This document shows positions 20,557 through 30,901 of a DNA stretch of 64,000 nucleotides, piece after piece. This DNA is from an uncultured Lachnospiraceae bacterium (GTDB lineage: Bacteria > Bacillota > Clostridia > Lachnospirales > Lachnospiraceae), in NCBI GenBank assembly GCA_963553525.1, contig CAUVOD010000004.1, positions 2,125-66,124 on the forward strand, in the 5' to 3' direction. Position numbers and translations under genes: made by a program. The notes under the pieces were generated by a model that saw nothing but the letters and a program-made list of their open reading frames with translations, had not been told where the DNA came from and did no database searches. The first letter of the stretch is position 1. Each line of letters begins with the position of its first letter.

Positions 20557-20729
20557 TTTACGAGAAGAAAAATATATGACACGGACGTCGGTTTTTTTCG
20601 ACAAAGTGCTTTTTTGCGGCATGGACGCCGCATTTACGAGGAGAAAAATATATGACACGGACGTCAGTTTTTTCGACGAAGTGCTTTTTTGCGGCATGGA
20701 CGCCGCATTTACGAGGAGAAAAATATATG
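20556..20729 (+). repeat. 76/75-bp tandem repeat (2.3 copies) with GGA-loop hairpins and repeated RBS/ATG
   Basis: Units start at 20556, 20632 and 20707; each full unit holds TGAC-ACGGAC-GTCR and TGCGGC-ATGGAC-GCCGCA. Confidence 0.93.
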
Positions 20730-21134
20730 TACAACTTCACCAACTCTCCACAAAATACTCCTGTGGATATTAAATTTATCGCAAGAGAGCGGCTGTCAAA
20801 ATCGGCGCTTTTACTTGCCGTAATATCCGTGTTTTTGTCTCGAACGGTTATATTCTCTCTCATATTATCAGGCATTGCCGTAATGCAGGCAATTTTGTCC
20901 GTTAAGGGAGGCGAAAGGCTTAAGGGAAGATCTCTTTATGCCCTTTTAATAGCCTGTTTTTCAATAGTTCTGACTCTGTATCTGGTTATTTCGGCAATTT
21001 TTACCGTCATAATTCCGGCGATCAATTCTCCCGAAATCAGAGCTCAGCTTAATGAATATTATACAACTAATCTGGGTGTGGATTTTGAATCCATGATTAA
21101 TGAAATTATAGAAACCTTCGGTTTGAATAACTAA
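20727..21134 (+). CDS. Small membrane protein
   Basis: Hydrophobic segments; SD GAGGAG before ATG 20727 (ATG 20652 is also in frame). Confidence 0.7.
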   Translation: MYNFTNSPQNTPVDIKFIARERLSKSALLLAVISVFLSRTVIFSLILSGIAVMQAILSVKGGERLKGRSLYALLIACFSIVLTLYLVISAIFTVIIPAINSPEIRAQLNEYYTTNLGVDFESMINEIIETFGLNN

Positions 21135-21282
21135 GCTTATTTATTTTAGAAAACACAAATTTTTGATACAATATCGGCAAGACGGTTTAACAAGCAATAT
21201 ATAGCATAAGCTATGTTTATTGTTATAATATACGCCGCTGAAAGTGTACATATGCAAATAAAGGATTTTTAAAGAGAATTTT

Positions 21283-21981
21283 ATGCCTAATATATCACAA
21301 ATAAAATCGACAGCCCGAGACTGTCTGGTAAATCATATCGGTATAGCAATAAACGCCACGCTTATATATGTCTTTATATATGCAATCGTCATTTACTTCG
21401 TCACGCCGAGCTACGGCAATATAGCGACAGCCGCATGGGCTGAGATCGCTTCAATCATCATAGGACTTATTTCCGGTCTCTTCGATGCGGGCTTTGCTTA
21501 TTTTTATCTGCAAATAATATATTCCGATGAGGCGAAGTCGTTTAACATTTTCCACGCCTTTAAGGAAATGCCTTATAAATCCATTCTTTTAATATCTCTT
21601 ATGGTCGCCGTTTCCTTTGTATGTGAAATTCCTCTTTTAATATATGAATTTTCCCATCTCGGAAGCATTAATTATATATATATGATCGCCTTTCAGCTAT
21701 TGGCAACTATACTTACATTCTGCTTTACAATACCCGTTTCACAGGTGTTTTATCTGTTGCAGGATTTTCCTTCTCAAAGCGTTCCGTCACTTATGAAGGC
21801 AAGCCTAAAGCTTATGAAAGGTAATTTTTTTGCATATCTTAAGCTTATAATGTCATTCATTCCTCTTATTCTGCTGTCAATACTGACCTTCGGAGTGGCA
21901 TTTCTTTGGCTTTTGCCCTACCTTGAGACTTCAAAGGCGGTATTTTACAAGGCTCTTATGGAGCAAAGGCAGCAACAATAA
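21283..21981 (+). CDS. DUF975-like membrane protein
   Basis: S.KLMKG..F.YLKL..SFI...ILTFGVAFLWLLPY C-terminal pattern. Confidence 0.8.
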   Translation: MPNISQIKSTARDCLVNHIGIAINATLIYVFIYAIVIYFVTPSYGNIATAAWAEIASIIIGLISGLFDAGFAYFYLQIIYSDEAKSFNIFHAFKEMPYKSILLISLMVAVSFVCEIPLLIYEFSHLGSINYIYMIAFQLLATILTFCFTIPVSQVFYLLQDFPSQSVPSLMKASLKLMKGNFFAYLKLIMSFIPLILLSILTFGVAFLWLLPYLETSKAVFYKALMEQRQQQ

Positions 21982-22078
21982 TACATATTTAACACTCCTA
22001 AGGCACGATTTTTATCTCTTGCATCGAGTATGCGGCATACATCCCGTATTAACGGCTTATGAATTAAGCTCATGAAGT

Positions 22079-23488
22079 CTAAGCGGGAAGCTTGGGAGTA
22101 TCCCCTCTAAGCGATATAACGGGTCCTCCCGTTCCTTCGATATACTCTCTTGTTATCGTGACCTTACCTATGTTGTCATCCTTGGGAATTTCATACATTA
22201 TATCCAGCATGAACTCCTCTATTATTGCACGCAGAGCTCTCGCACCCGTTTTTTTCTCGATAGCTTTTTCCGCAATCGCTTCAAGAGCCGAGTCGTCAAA
22301 TCTCAAATCCACCTCATCCAGTAAAAGAAGCTTTTGATACTGCTTAAGAATTGCATTCTTAGGCTCCTTTAAAATTCTGATAAGCATATCCCTATCAAGA
22401 GGCTGCAAAGCGCACATTATAGGCAGACGCCCTATAAATTCGGGTATCATTCCGAATTTTCTAAGATCATCCACAGTAACCTTCGACAGAATGTCCCTGT
22501 CCTCGTCGTTTTCATCCTTAAGGCTGGAATTAAAGCCTATTGCCGCATTCAGATTAAGCCTCTGCTTTATTATTTCATCAAGATCGGGAAATGCTCCGCC
22601 GCAAATAAAAAGAATATTTCTGGTGTTGACGGTCGTCATAGGCACCATGGCATTTTTGGAGGTTGCACCCACCGGCACTTCTATATCGGCTCCCTCCAGC
22701 AGCTTAAGCATACCCTGCTGTACGGATTCTCCGCTTACATCCCTTGAATTGGTGTTTTTCTTCTTGGCTATCTTATCTATCTCATCAATAAAAATAATGC
22801 CCTTTTCAGCCTTTTCTATATCATTATCCGCTGCGGCAAGCAGCTTTGAAACCACGCTTTCAATATCATCTCCTATATATCCCGCTTCGGTAAGAGAAGT
22901 TGCGTCCGCAATGGCAAGCGGAACGTCAAGGAGTCTTGCAAGGGTTCTTACAAGATAGGTCTTTCCGCTTCCGGTGGGGCCCAGCATAAGAATATTGGAC
23001 TTTTCTATCTCTATATCATCCATAGTTCCCGTTTTAACCCTTTTATAATGGTTATAGACGGCTACGCTTATTATCTTTTTGGCTTTATCCTGCCCTATCA
23101 CATAATCATCGAGAGTGGCCTTTATATGATGTGGAGCGGGAATATTTGCAATATCAAAAACAGCCTTTTTCTCCTCCGGCTTTTCCTTCTTCTTTTTTAC
23201 TCTTTGAGTATTGGGTATTCCGGGGACGGAGCCTTTTGAGAAATTATTGAGCTCGCTCATTAAATTCGGGTTATTTAAAAGATTATTGTAATCAAACTGG
23301 CTTATAGCGTCCATTGTTTTGTGCATGCAGTCTTCACAAACACAGATATTGTTGGGAAGATTGTACATTTTACCCGCCTTGGATTCCGGACGTCTGCATA
23401 CAAAACAAACCTCTTCATATTCCTTTGAAGAGTCGTTATCATTTTCATCCTTTATATCATCTCCGTTTACTTCTCTGTAATCTTCCAT
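22079..23488 (-). CDS. clpX: ATP-dependent Clp protease ATP-binding subunit ClpX
   Basis: CFVC..CEDC zinc finger, GPTGSGKT, IFIDEIDK, RDVSGE.VQQ, TGARALR. Confidence 0.93.
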   Translation of the reverse strand: MEDYREVNGDDIKDENDNDSSKEYEEVCFVCRRPESKAGKMYNLPNNICVCEDCMHKTMDAISQFDYNNLLNNPNLMSELNNFSKGSVPGIPNTQRVKKKKEKPEEKKAVFDIANIPAPHHIKATLDDYVIGQDKAKKIISVAVYNHYKRVKTGTMDDIEIEKSNILMLGPTGSGKTYLVRTLARLLDVPLAIADATSLTEAGYIGDDIESVVSKLLAAADNDIEKAEKGIIFIDEIDKIAKKKNTNSRDVSGESVQQGMLKLLEGADIEVPVGATSKNAMVPMTTVNTRNILFICGGAFPDLDEIIKQRLNLNAAIGFNSSLKDENDEDRDILSKVTVDDLRKFGMIPEFIGRLPIMCALQPLDRDMLIRILKEPKNAILKQYQKLLLLDEVDLRFDDSALEAIAEKAIEKKTGARALRAIIEEFMLDIMYEIPKDDNIGKVTITREYIEGTGGPVISLRGDTPKLPA

Positions 23489-23496
23489 TATTTCTC

Positions 23497-25386
23497 CTAT
23501 ACAAATTCTTTTTCATACCATGACTGGAACATGAGAATACTCCATATACTGTTTTTCCATATTCCTCTTTTTTCAAAATTATCCCACAGCTTGTTGACTG
23601 TTTTGTGATCTATAAGTCCCTGCTCTTTTATTTTCTTCTCTGAAATAAGCTCCTTAGCCCAGTCGTTTAAGTCCCCTTTTTTAAGCCAATCGGAAATAGG
23701 TATTGAAAAGCCCTTCTTGGGTCTTTCCATAAGCTCTTTAGGCACATGTCTATACAAAACATCTCTTAAAATAAGCTTTCCTCTGTTCCCGCTTCTCAGA
23801 TATTCTATCGGAAGAGTCCATGCAAATTCCACCACATCCTTATCCAAAAACGGCACTCTCGTTTCCAGAGAAACAGCCATTGCACACCTGTCCACCTTGA
23901 CTAAAATGTCGTCAGGATGATATACCAGCATATCCTGAAGCATAATATCTTTTGCGGTACAGCCCAAAGCGTCGCCGCTTAAATCATATTCATAAAAATC
24001 CGTGTGTTTTTTTGTCCTGTCGAGAGCTATTTTATCGGCGTAACAGCCAAAATTTCTATATAGCTTTTCCGGATCTTTGCTTGGGAGAAGAGTTCCTATC
24101 AAATTTAATTTTTCAATCCTGGACAAGGGGGTGTTTATTAAAATATCGCTTGATATTTCTCTTATAGTAAGAGGAATATTTTTGATTTTTTTCCATATAT
24201 CGGTCATTGATCCGTATAAATTGTATCCGCCGAACAGCTCGTCGCCCGCATCCCCCGAAAGCGAAACCGTTACATGCTCTCTTGTCATCCGGCTTACAAG
24301 GTAGGTAGGTATCTGAGATGAATCCGCAAAAGGCTCGGAAAACATCCTCGGCAAAAGAGGTATCACCTTTTGGGCATCGTTATCGTTTATATACAACTCC
24401 GTATGCTCGGATCCCAGATGATTTGCTATCTCCTTTGCAAAGACAGCCTCATTGTGTGCTTTGTCATCCATACCTATTGTAAAGCTTTTAACACTTCCGG
24501 GACTGACTGACTGCATAAGCGCAACTACGGTTGCAGAGTCTATCCCGCCCGATAAAAAGGCTCCGAGCGGAACGTCCGCAACCATCTGATCGCTTATCGA
24601 CCTTTTTAAAAGCCTCTCCAGCTCCACAGACGCTTCCTCGAAGCTTCCCTTAAAGGGAGTTTCTCTGCCTTTAAGCGCAGTATCCGTAATCGACCAATAC
24701 CCGCTTATACTCGTATTTTCCTCCAAATATGGGTAAGAGCTTCTAAGCACGCAGCCCGGTCTGAGCTTAAAAATATTTTTATATACGGTGTGCGGAGCCG
24801 GAATATATCCGTTTGCAAAATATACTCCCAAAATCTCTGTATTTATACCGTTATCGAAATTCGACAACGCTCTGATACAGCCCAGATCCGAAGCAAAGGC
24901 AAGAGCCTTGCCGTTTTCCGAATTTACATAACCGTAATAGAGAGGTTTTTCGCCTATTCTGTCTCTTATCAATACAATTTCACGAGTCAGGGTATCATAA
25001 AGAGCAACGGCAAACATACCCCTTATTATAGATAAGGTTTCTTCAATTCCGAGATGTTCGAGAGCTTCCAAAAGATATTCCGTATCGCTGCTGCTCCTGA
25101 AATCGCTTATTCCCTTTTGTGACAGCGGTTTTTCAAGACTTTTATAATCATAAATTTCGCCGTTAAAAACCATAACGAATCTGCCGCTGTGTGATATCAT
25201 GGGCTGAGAACCGGACTCGCTTAAGTCCATTATCGAAAGTCTTCTATGCCCGAGATATACCTCTCCGTCAGGAGATCCCCAGGTCCCGCCGGAATCCGGC
25301 CCCCTGTGAATCATCCTGTCCTTCATTACCTCTATATCTTCCCTGGCTTTTACTCCATATCTCAGGAGTCCCGCTATTCCGCACAT
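23497..25386 (-). CDS. asnB: Asparagine synthase (glutamine-hydrolysing) family amidotransferase
   Basis: MCGIAG, HRGPD, FNGEIY, LSGGIDS, SGDAGDELFGGY. Confidence 0.9.
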   Translation of the reverse strand: MCGIAGLLRYGVKAREDIEVMKDRMIHRGPDSGGTWGSPDGEVYLGHRRLSIMDLSESGSQPMISHSGRFVMVFNGEIYDYKSLEKPLSQKGISDFRSSSDTEYLLEALEHLGIEETLSIIRGMFAVALYDTLTREIVLIRDRIGEKPLYYGYVNSENGKALAFASDLGCIRALSNFDNGINTEILGVYFANGYIPAPHTVYKNIFKLRPGCVLRSSYPYLEENTSISGYWSITDTALKGRETPFKGSFEEASVELERLLKRSISDQMVADVPLGAFLSGGIDSATVVALMQSVSPGSVKSFTIGMDDKAHNEAVFAKEIANHLGSEHTELYINDNDAQKVIPLLPRMFSEPFADSSQIPTYLVSRMTREHVTVSLSGDAGDELFGGYNLYGSMTDIWKKIKNIPLTIREISSDILINTPLSRIEKLNLIGTLLPSKDPEKLYRNFGCYADKIALDRTKKHTDFYEYDLSGDALGCTAKDIMLQDMLVYHPDDILVKVDRCAMAVSLETRVPFLDKDVVEFAWTLPIEYLRSGNRGKLILRDVLYRHVPKELMERPKKGFSIPISDWLKKGDLNDWAKELISEKKIKEQGLIDHKTVNKLWDNFEKRGIWKNSIWSILMFQSWYEKEFV

Positions 25387-25442
25387 AAAATATCCATATC
25401 AAATTTACAAATTTCGCTTCTCTTAATTTACCGCTCAAAATA

Positions 25443-26840
25443 TCAGGGCTTATGTCCAAGCTCCACTTTCAGGCGGTCTTCGGTATACCCGCCTATTCCG
25501 TTTCTGTAATATGTAATTTCCGCTTCATCTCCCGCAGCGTAGTGCTTAAGAGCTTCTGTCAAATCGGTCGCTTTAGAAATATTTATATCGTCAACGGCTG
25601 CTATGATGTCGCTTACCTTAATACCCGCAATATCGGCGGGACTCCCGTTTTCAACCGAGCTCACATATGCTCCCGTAATTTGAGGATCTCCTCCGAATAC
25701 CTTACTGTCTTCAACGCTTATTCCGAGATATCCCCTGTTCTCTTCGGCAACATCCTTATATATGCCGACATTCATAAGCTTTTCTATTGTACGTCTGGCG
25801 ATAGTTATAGGAATGGCAAAGCCCATACCCTCAACGGAGGATCCTCCGAGCTTGGCTGTGTTGATTCCTATCACCTCACCTCTCGAATTTAAAAGCGCTC
25901 CGCCGGAATTGCCGTGATTTATGGCGGCGTCGGTCTGAATAAAGGTTCCGCTTATTCCGTCACCCATATCAACTTCTCTGTCAACGGCACTTACCACTCC
26001 CGTTGTTACCGACTGACCTATCCCCAAAGCGTTTCCTATGGCGATCGTCGGTTCTCCAAGCCTTAATCCGGAAGAGTCTCCGAGAGTTGCGACCTTAATC
26101 AAATTACGGGCTGCTTCGGGAATATCAGCCATATTGACCACAATAACGGCAAGATCCATATTGGCGTCTTTTCCTCTGATCTGTGCGGGAGCGGTATAAT
26201 CTCCGTAAAAATTTACCGATATTTCATTTGCTCCGCTGATCACATGGTTGTTGGTAACTATAAGGAGCTCCGTATCGCTTTTTCCTATAATCACGCCCGA
26301 ACCGGTCATGATGGCGTCTTCTTCATATACACCGTAAATGGTACGGGTTTTATCCGTAAAATTATTGTCAATGGAAACAATGGACGGGAGTACGGATTCA
26401 ACAACCGTGGTAACGTCCGTAACCGTAATCTTATCGGAGTTTTCAGCTATATTAAGCGTAATGGAAGCGGAGCCCGTACCGATCCCGGCGTCGGCTTCTC
26501 CCGTCTTTTTATCCGAGGAGGCTGCCGCCGAAGTATCCTCATCTCCCTTTACCGAAGCCTCGGTTCCGTCGGTATCTTTTCCATTTCTGCCTTTAGCGTA
26601 TTTCGCTTCGAAAACCGCCACCGCAAGCACAGCCAGAAGAGCCGTACATAAAACCAGGGTAACGATCCACGTAATTATCCTGTTCCTTTTGGCTTTCTTT
26701 AAATCCTTGGGAGATACGGAATGTTTTATGCGATATGTTTCATCTATATAATCCGGCTCCGAAGGCTTGTTTGCTTCGTTGTATCTGAGCTGCGAATATC
26801 TATAATCCGCCTGCATGTTCACCCTATTTTTTTCATCCAT
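25443..26840 (-). CDS. htrA: HtrA-family serine protease with PDZ domain
   Basis: TM anchor, TNNHV, DLAV, QTDAAINHGNSGG, C-terminal PDZ. Confidence 0.9.
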   Translation of the reverse strand: MDEKNRVNMQADYRYSQLRYNEANKPSEPDYIDETYRIKHSVSPKDLKKAKRNRIITWIVTLVLCTALLAVLAVAVFEAKYAKGRNGKDTDGTEASVKGDEDTSAAASSDKKTGEADAGIGTGSASITLNIAENSDKITVTDVTTVVESVLPSIVSIDNNFTDKTRTIYGVYEEDAIMTGSGVIIGKSDTELLIVTNNHVISGANEISVNFYGDYTAPAQIRGKDANMDLAVIVVNMADIPEAARNLIKVATLGDSSGLRLGEPTIAIGNALGIGQSVTTGVVSAVDREVDMGDGISGTFIQTDAAINHGNSGGALLNSRGEVIGINTAKLGGSSVEGMGFAIPITIARRTIEKLMNVGIYKDVAEENRGYLGISVEDSKVFGGDPQITGAYVSSVENGSPADIAGIKVSDIIAAVDDINISKATDLTEALKHYAAGDEAEITYYRNGIGGYTEDRLKVELGHKP

Positions 26841-26908
26841 AAACAGCCTCGCTTCCGATCACGCTTCCGGAATGAAAAAGCTTATCCGAAAGCAAAAATT
26901 CTCTGATT

Positions 26909-27172
26909 TTAGTCCTCTTCAATAACCTGCATTTCAAGATAATCGAAGCACAGTTCATCAATAAAATTATCCTTTGTGAATCTGCATCTTGAATGTCTTT
27001 TAAATTCCGAAATATTTTTTCTGTACCAGATGGGCAGACTGAGATCAAAGGCTCTGCAGGCTTCCTCTACAGCCTTCTTTATCTTGTGCGTGCGTGTTTC
27101 CAAAGAATAATCCTCAATTACCGTATCTCTCAAAACACGGTTGTCCGAAACGATTTTCAGCCAAATCCTCAT
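26909..27172 (-). CDS. Small conserved hypothetical protein
   Basis: 87 aa; overlaps the upstream stop; RTHK...C..FDL..PIW pattern. Confidence 0.7.
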   Translation of the reverse strand: MRIWLKIVSDNRVLRDTVIEDYSLETRTHKIKKAVEEACRAFDLSLPIWYRKNISEFKRHSRCRFTKDNFIDELCFDYLEMQVIEED

Positions 27173-28395
27173 AATTCAATTCCGTTTTTTTTGCATAATG
27201 CCCTTGCAGTTTCCACGCTGTCCGTTCCCTTCGCATTCTTAATCGGAGCAAATTCCTTCTCTCTTATAACCTCAAAAGCAAGGCAGCTGTCAAGGGCATG
27301 TATCATATCGAGCACAAGCTGCTCAAATTTATAGCCGTTGGGCTCTTTGGGCTTTATCAAATTTCCTTCTTCATCCAGATAAGATATTTTTTTTGAAACA
27401 ACATGCATCGGCAGATCATTCTTAACAATTTCTCTGAGCGAAGACACCTTAAAAAGATAATTCAAAATTACGCCGAAATTGTAGGCGGGATTTCCGTTAT
27501 CGTCTACGGCATTTCTCATCTCTTCACTCTCCTCATAATATTCTACTATGGAAGGTCTGCCGTCCTCAAGACACATGACCCCGACATTTTCATCGGGAGC
27601 GGCCTTTTTCACAACCTTGGAGCCGCAGTCGGCGTCGTTTAAAACGACGGCTCCGACAAAAACGGGATCCGCTATTCTCTGAAGCACGTTGTCTACCGCA
27701 AAAATATTTATCCACTCTATATTTTCTTTTAAAAGGATTTCGTCAAGACCGGCGCTGCACATGGATCTGTACCAGCCGGCGTTTCCGTTTGGAGAGGTTG
27801 CGATCTCACAGCTGCTCTCAAGATAAACTTTTCCGTTTTTATCGCAGGCGGGTGCCATATCCTGCATGAAAAAAGTTATTTTTTCCTCAGGATAACCGAA
27901 GTAATCATGCTCCTTCAAAAAACTCACCGTTTCATCATGATTTTTTTCACTCGTCATTATAAAAAGACGGATATATTCTTTGCACTCCGAGGTGACATCC
28001 ATAAGATTTTCTATTAAACGCTGGAAAATAAATACATCCTTTGTAAGACCTATATTATATATTCCCTTGGGACCGTCGCTTCCAAGTCTTGTCCCCATAC
28101 CTCCTGCAAGAAGACAGGCGGCGACCTTTCCGCTTTTTATGGCGGACATACCTGTTTTTTTAAATTCATCCCTGCGGGAATCTATTTCTTCAAGCTCCAT
28201 AGCCTTTAGAGGCGAAAAAACACCTCTTTCGGCGGCTTTATCCTTATTTTTAAGATATCCAAGAACGGAAAAGTCGGTTCTGTCAATCTGATCCAGAAGC
28301 TTTGCCTTGTCACTTTCACTCAGAGAGTCAAAATATTTTAAAAGCTGAGTCTGACCCGCATTTTCAAGCTTTTTCAAAGCCTCTTCGTATATCAT
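27169..28395 (-). CDS. UDPGP type 1 family (UAP-like UDP-N-acetylhexosamine pyrophosphorylase)
   Basis: LLAGGMGTRLG..GPKG, IMTS, SPNGN, VDNVL...ADP.FVG, YKFEQ, EFAPIKN. Confidence 0.88.
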   Translation of the reverse strand: MIYEEALKKLENAGQTQLLKYFDSLSESDKAKLLDQIDRTDFSVLGYLKNKDKAAERGVFSPLKAMELEEIDSRRDEFKKTGMSAIKSGKVAACLLAGGMGTRLGSDGPKGIYNIGLTKDVFIFQRLIENLMDVTSECKEYIRLFIMTSEKNHDETVSFLKEHDYFGYPEEKITFFMQDMAPACDKNGKVYLESSCEIATSPNGNAGWYRSMCSAGLDEILLKENIEWINIFAVDNVLQRIADPVFVGAVVLNDADCGSKVVKKAAPDENVGVMCLEDGRPSIVEYYEESEEMRNAVDDNGNPAYNFGVILNYLFKVSSLREIVKNDLPMHVVSKKISYLDEEGNLIKPKEPNGYKFEQLVLDMIHALDSCLAFEVIREKEFAPIKNAKGTDSVETARALCKKNGIEL

Positions 28396-29273
28396 ATCGC
28401 TTCTCCTTTTAAAAATTCCTCAAGTGCGGCTTTCCACCCGGCAAATCTGTAATCGGAAGTAAGTTTGAACATATAATTGTCCAGTATCGAATAAGCCGGT
28501 CTGTCGGCGCTGTCGGGATTCATTTCCTTATATTGTCTGCTTGAAACCCTGTTGACTCTTGTGCTTTTTCCGGTAAGCCTAAATATTTCTTCGGAAAAAT
28601 CCGCCCATGCGCATGAGCCCTCGCAGGTTGCGTGGAACAGCCCGTAATTATCCGTTTTATATATATATCTGACGGCTCTTGCAAGCTCCGCTGCGCTTGT
28701 GGGAGATCCGAGCTGATCATCGACAACGCTTATTTCATCATGCGTTTCCGAAAGTTTTAACATGGTTTTTAAAAAATTCCTTCCCTCTCCGTAAAGCCAT
28801 GCCGTACGTAATATAAAGCTCCTGCTTGAAAACTGCTTTACAAACTCTTCACCTGCAAGCTTGGTTTTACCGTATACGCTTACGGGATTCGGCTTATCAA
28901 ACTCCGTGTAGGGTCTTGTTCCCTTTCCGTCAAAAACATAATCCGTGCTGACATGAACAAGCTTTGCAGAAAGCTCCTGTGCGGCAATTGCAAGGTTTCT
29001 GGGACCTATCGCATTGATCTTGTATGCCGGGTCTACATCCTTTTCCTGCTGATCCACTGCGGTATATGCCGCACAATTTACTATAACATCGGGCTTTGTG
29101 CTCTTTGTGACTTCCAATACGTTGTCGAGGTTTGTTATATCCAACTCTATTGCACCCTCACCGAAACCGTCGATTCCTGCGGATGTCCTTATAAGCTCAA
29201 CCTCATCCTTTTGCATTTCCTTTGTAAAAGCACGTCCGAGCTGACCCAGTGCTCCCGTTATCAATATCTTCAT
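28392..29273 (-). CDS. rfbD: dTDP-4-dehydrorhamnose reductase
   Basis: ITGALGQLG, NCAAYTAVD, STDYVFDG, YGKTK, RPAYS. Confidence 0.93.
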   Translation of the reverse strand: MKILITGALGQLGRAFTKEMQKDEVELIRTSAGIDGFGEGAIELDITNLDNVLEVTKSTKPDVIVNCAAYTAVDQQEKDVDPAYKINAIGPRNLAIAAQELSAKLVHVSTDYVFDGKGTRPYTEFDKPNPVSVYGKTKLAGEEFVKQFSSRSFILRTAWLYGEGRNFLKTMLKLSETHDEISVVDDQLGSPTSAAELARAVRYIYKTDNYGLFHATCEGSCAWADFSEEIFRLTGKSTRVNRVSSRQYKEMNPDSADRPAYSILDNYMFKLTSDYRFAGWKAALEEFLKGEAI

Positions 29274-29386
29274 ATTAACCAGTATCATCCGATCGTAGGC
29301 GTTAAAATCGGATTTCCCCTTTCTCCCCGGCTCTCCGGAGCATTACCTTTTACTGATATTTACTAGTCGGCTGATGGTCTAAGCCG

Positions 29387-30736
29387 TTACAGCAGCGTTT
29401 TTTCAATTATTGCAGCGAGCTTTTCCGCCTCCGCCTGTATTTCATCCAAATCCTTACCCTCTATCATTACTCTTACCAGGGGCTCCGTCCCCGAAGGTCT
29501 GATAAGCACTCTGCCGTTTCCTTCAAATTTTCTTTCAATAGCCTCTATTCCCTCTTTTATTTCAGGATAATCCATATAGCTTTCTTTTTTGTGATTGGGT
29601 ACCTTGGCATTTACAAGAGCCTGAGGCATAACCGTCATAATTGATGCAAGCTCCGAAAGAGGTTTACCGCTTTCCACCATTACCTGAAGGGTATGAAGAG
29701 CCGATAAAAGCCCGTCTCCCGTTGTCGTTTCGTCAAGGAAAATTATATGACCCGATTGCTCTCCGCCAAGAGAATATCCGTTTTCCTTCATGTTTTCAAG
29801 AACATAGCGGTCTCCGACCTTGGTCTGATTTATTTTTATTCCTTCCCGTTCAGCCATTTTCAAAAAGCCGAGGTTGCTCATTACGGTTACCACTATATAA
29901 TCGCTATTTAATTTCCCCTTGTCTTTAAGATATTTTCCGACAAGCGCCATTATCTGATCGCCGTCAACATAATTTCCTTTTTCGTCAACTGCCAAAAATC
30001 TGTCCGCATCGCCGTCAAAGGCTATTCCTATATCCGCATGCTCCGCAAGAACTCTTGCTCTCAGCTCTTCCATATGCGTCGATCCGCAGCCGGCGTTAAT
30101 ATTTATACCGTCAGGATTGTTATGTATGGGTATAACCGTTGCCTGAAGCTGTCTGAAAGCTTCAACCGCAGTATATGAAGCCGCTCCTTCGGCACAGTCC
30201 ACAACCAGCTTGAGCTTCGATAAATCCACATCCACGGTTCTGATACATTGATTTATATATTCTTCTCCGGCATCCGGCCTCATTTTGATAGTGCCTATTG
30301 CGGCTCCCGTCGGGAAATTGACCCCCTTCATTCCGCCTTTTATAAGATCTTCAATCTCATCCTCCATTTCGTCGGGGAGCTTATAGCCGTCACCGTCAAA
30401 AAATTTTATTCCGTTAAATTCCATGGGATTATGAGAGGCGGATATTACCACTCCCGCATCAACCTTGTATTTACGGGTGAGATATGCCACGGCGGGAGTA
30501 GGAAGCACTCCCACATAAACCGCATTGGCTCCGACGCTGCAGGCGCCCGACATAAGCGCATAGGCAAGCATATCGCCCGACAGCCTCGTATCGCAGCCCA
30601 CCATGATAGTAGGTCTATGCTTTTTTTCTTTAGATAATACATATGCACCCGCCTGTCCGAGCCGCATTGCAAGCATAGGAGTCAGCTCATCATTTGCCAC
30701 TCCTCTTACTCCGTCCGTTCCAAACATTCTCGACAT
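29387..30736 (-). CDS. glmM: Phosphoglucosamine mutase
   Basis: FGTDGVRG, SASHNP, DGDADR, GGEQSGH, RPSGTEP. Confidence 0.97.
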   Translation of the reverse strand: MSRMFGTDGVRGVANDELTPMLAMRLGQAGAYVLSKEKKHRPTIMVGCDTRLSGDMLAYALMSGACSVGANAVYVGVLPTPAVAYLTRKYKVDAGVVISASHNPMEFNGIKFFDGDGYKLPDEMEDEIEDLIKGGMKGVNFPTGAAIGTIKMRPDAGEEYINQCIRTVDVDLSKLKLVVDCAEGAASYTAVEAFRQLQATVIPIHNNPDGININAGCGSTHMEELRARVLAEHADIGIAFDGDADRFLAVDEKGNYVDGDQIMALVGKYLKDKGKLNSDYIVVTVMSNLGFLKMAEREGIKINQTKVGDRYVLENMKENGYSLGGEQSGHIIFLDETTTGDGLLSALHTLQVMVESGKPLSELASIMTVMPQALVNAKVPNHKKESYMDYPEIKEGIEAIERKFEGNGRVLIRPSGTEPLVRVMIEGKDLDEIQAEAEKLAAIIEKTLL

Positions 30737-30901
30737 ATATTTTTTCTCCTCTCATAGCGGAAGCCAAGTCCGTCATTTACATATTTTTTATATTTTCAGA
30801 AAAGCTTTTTCAACAGCTCAAAGCTTCTTTAACAAAACAGATGGCAGGCTGCGCTTACATGCAGCTCTGCCACCGGCAAATATCTGTTTTAAAAGTGTTA
30901 T

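Noticed and set aside
20556..20729. Possible CRISPR array (also 50201-50360 and 2808-2928)
   Set aside because: The intervening sequences are near-identical rather than unique spacers, and there are no cas genes
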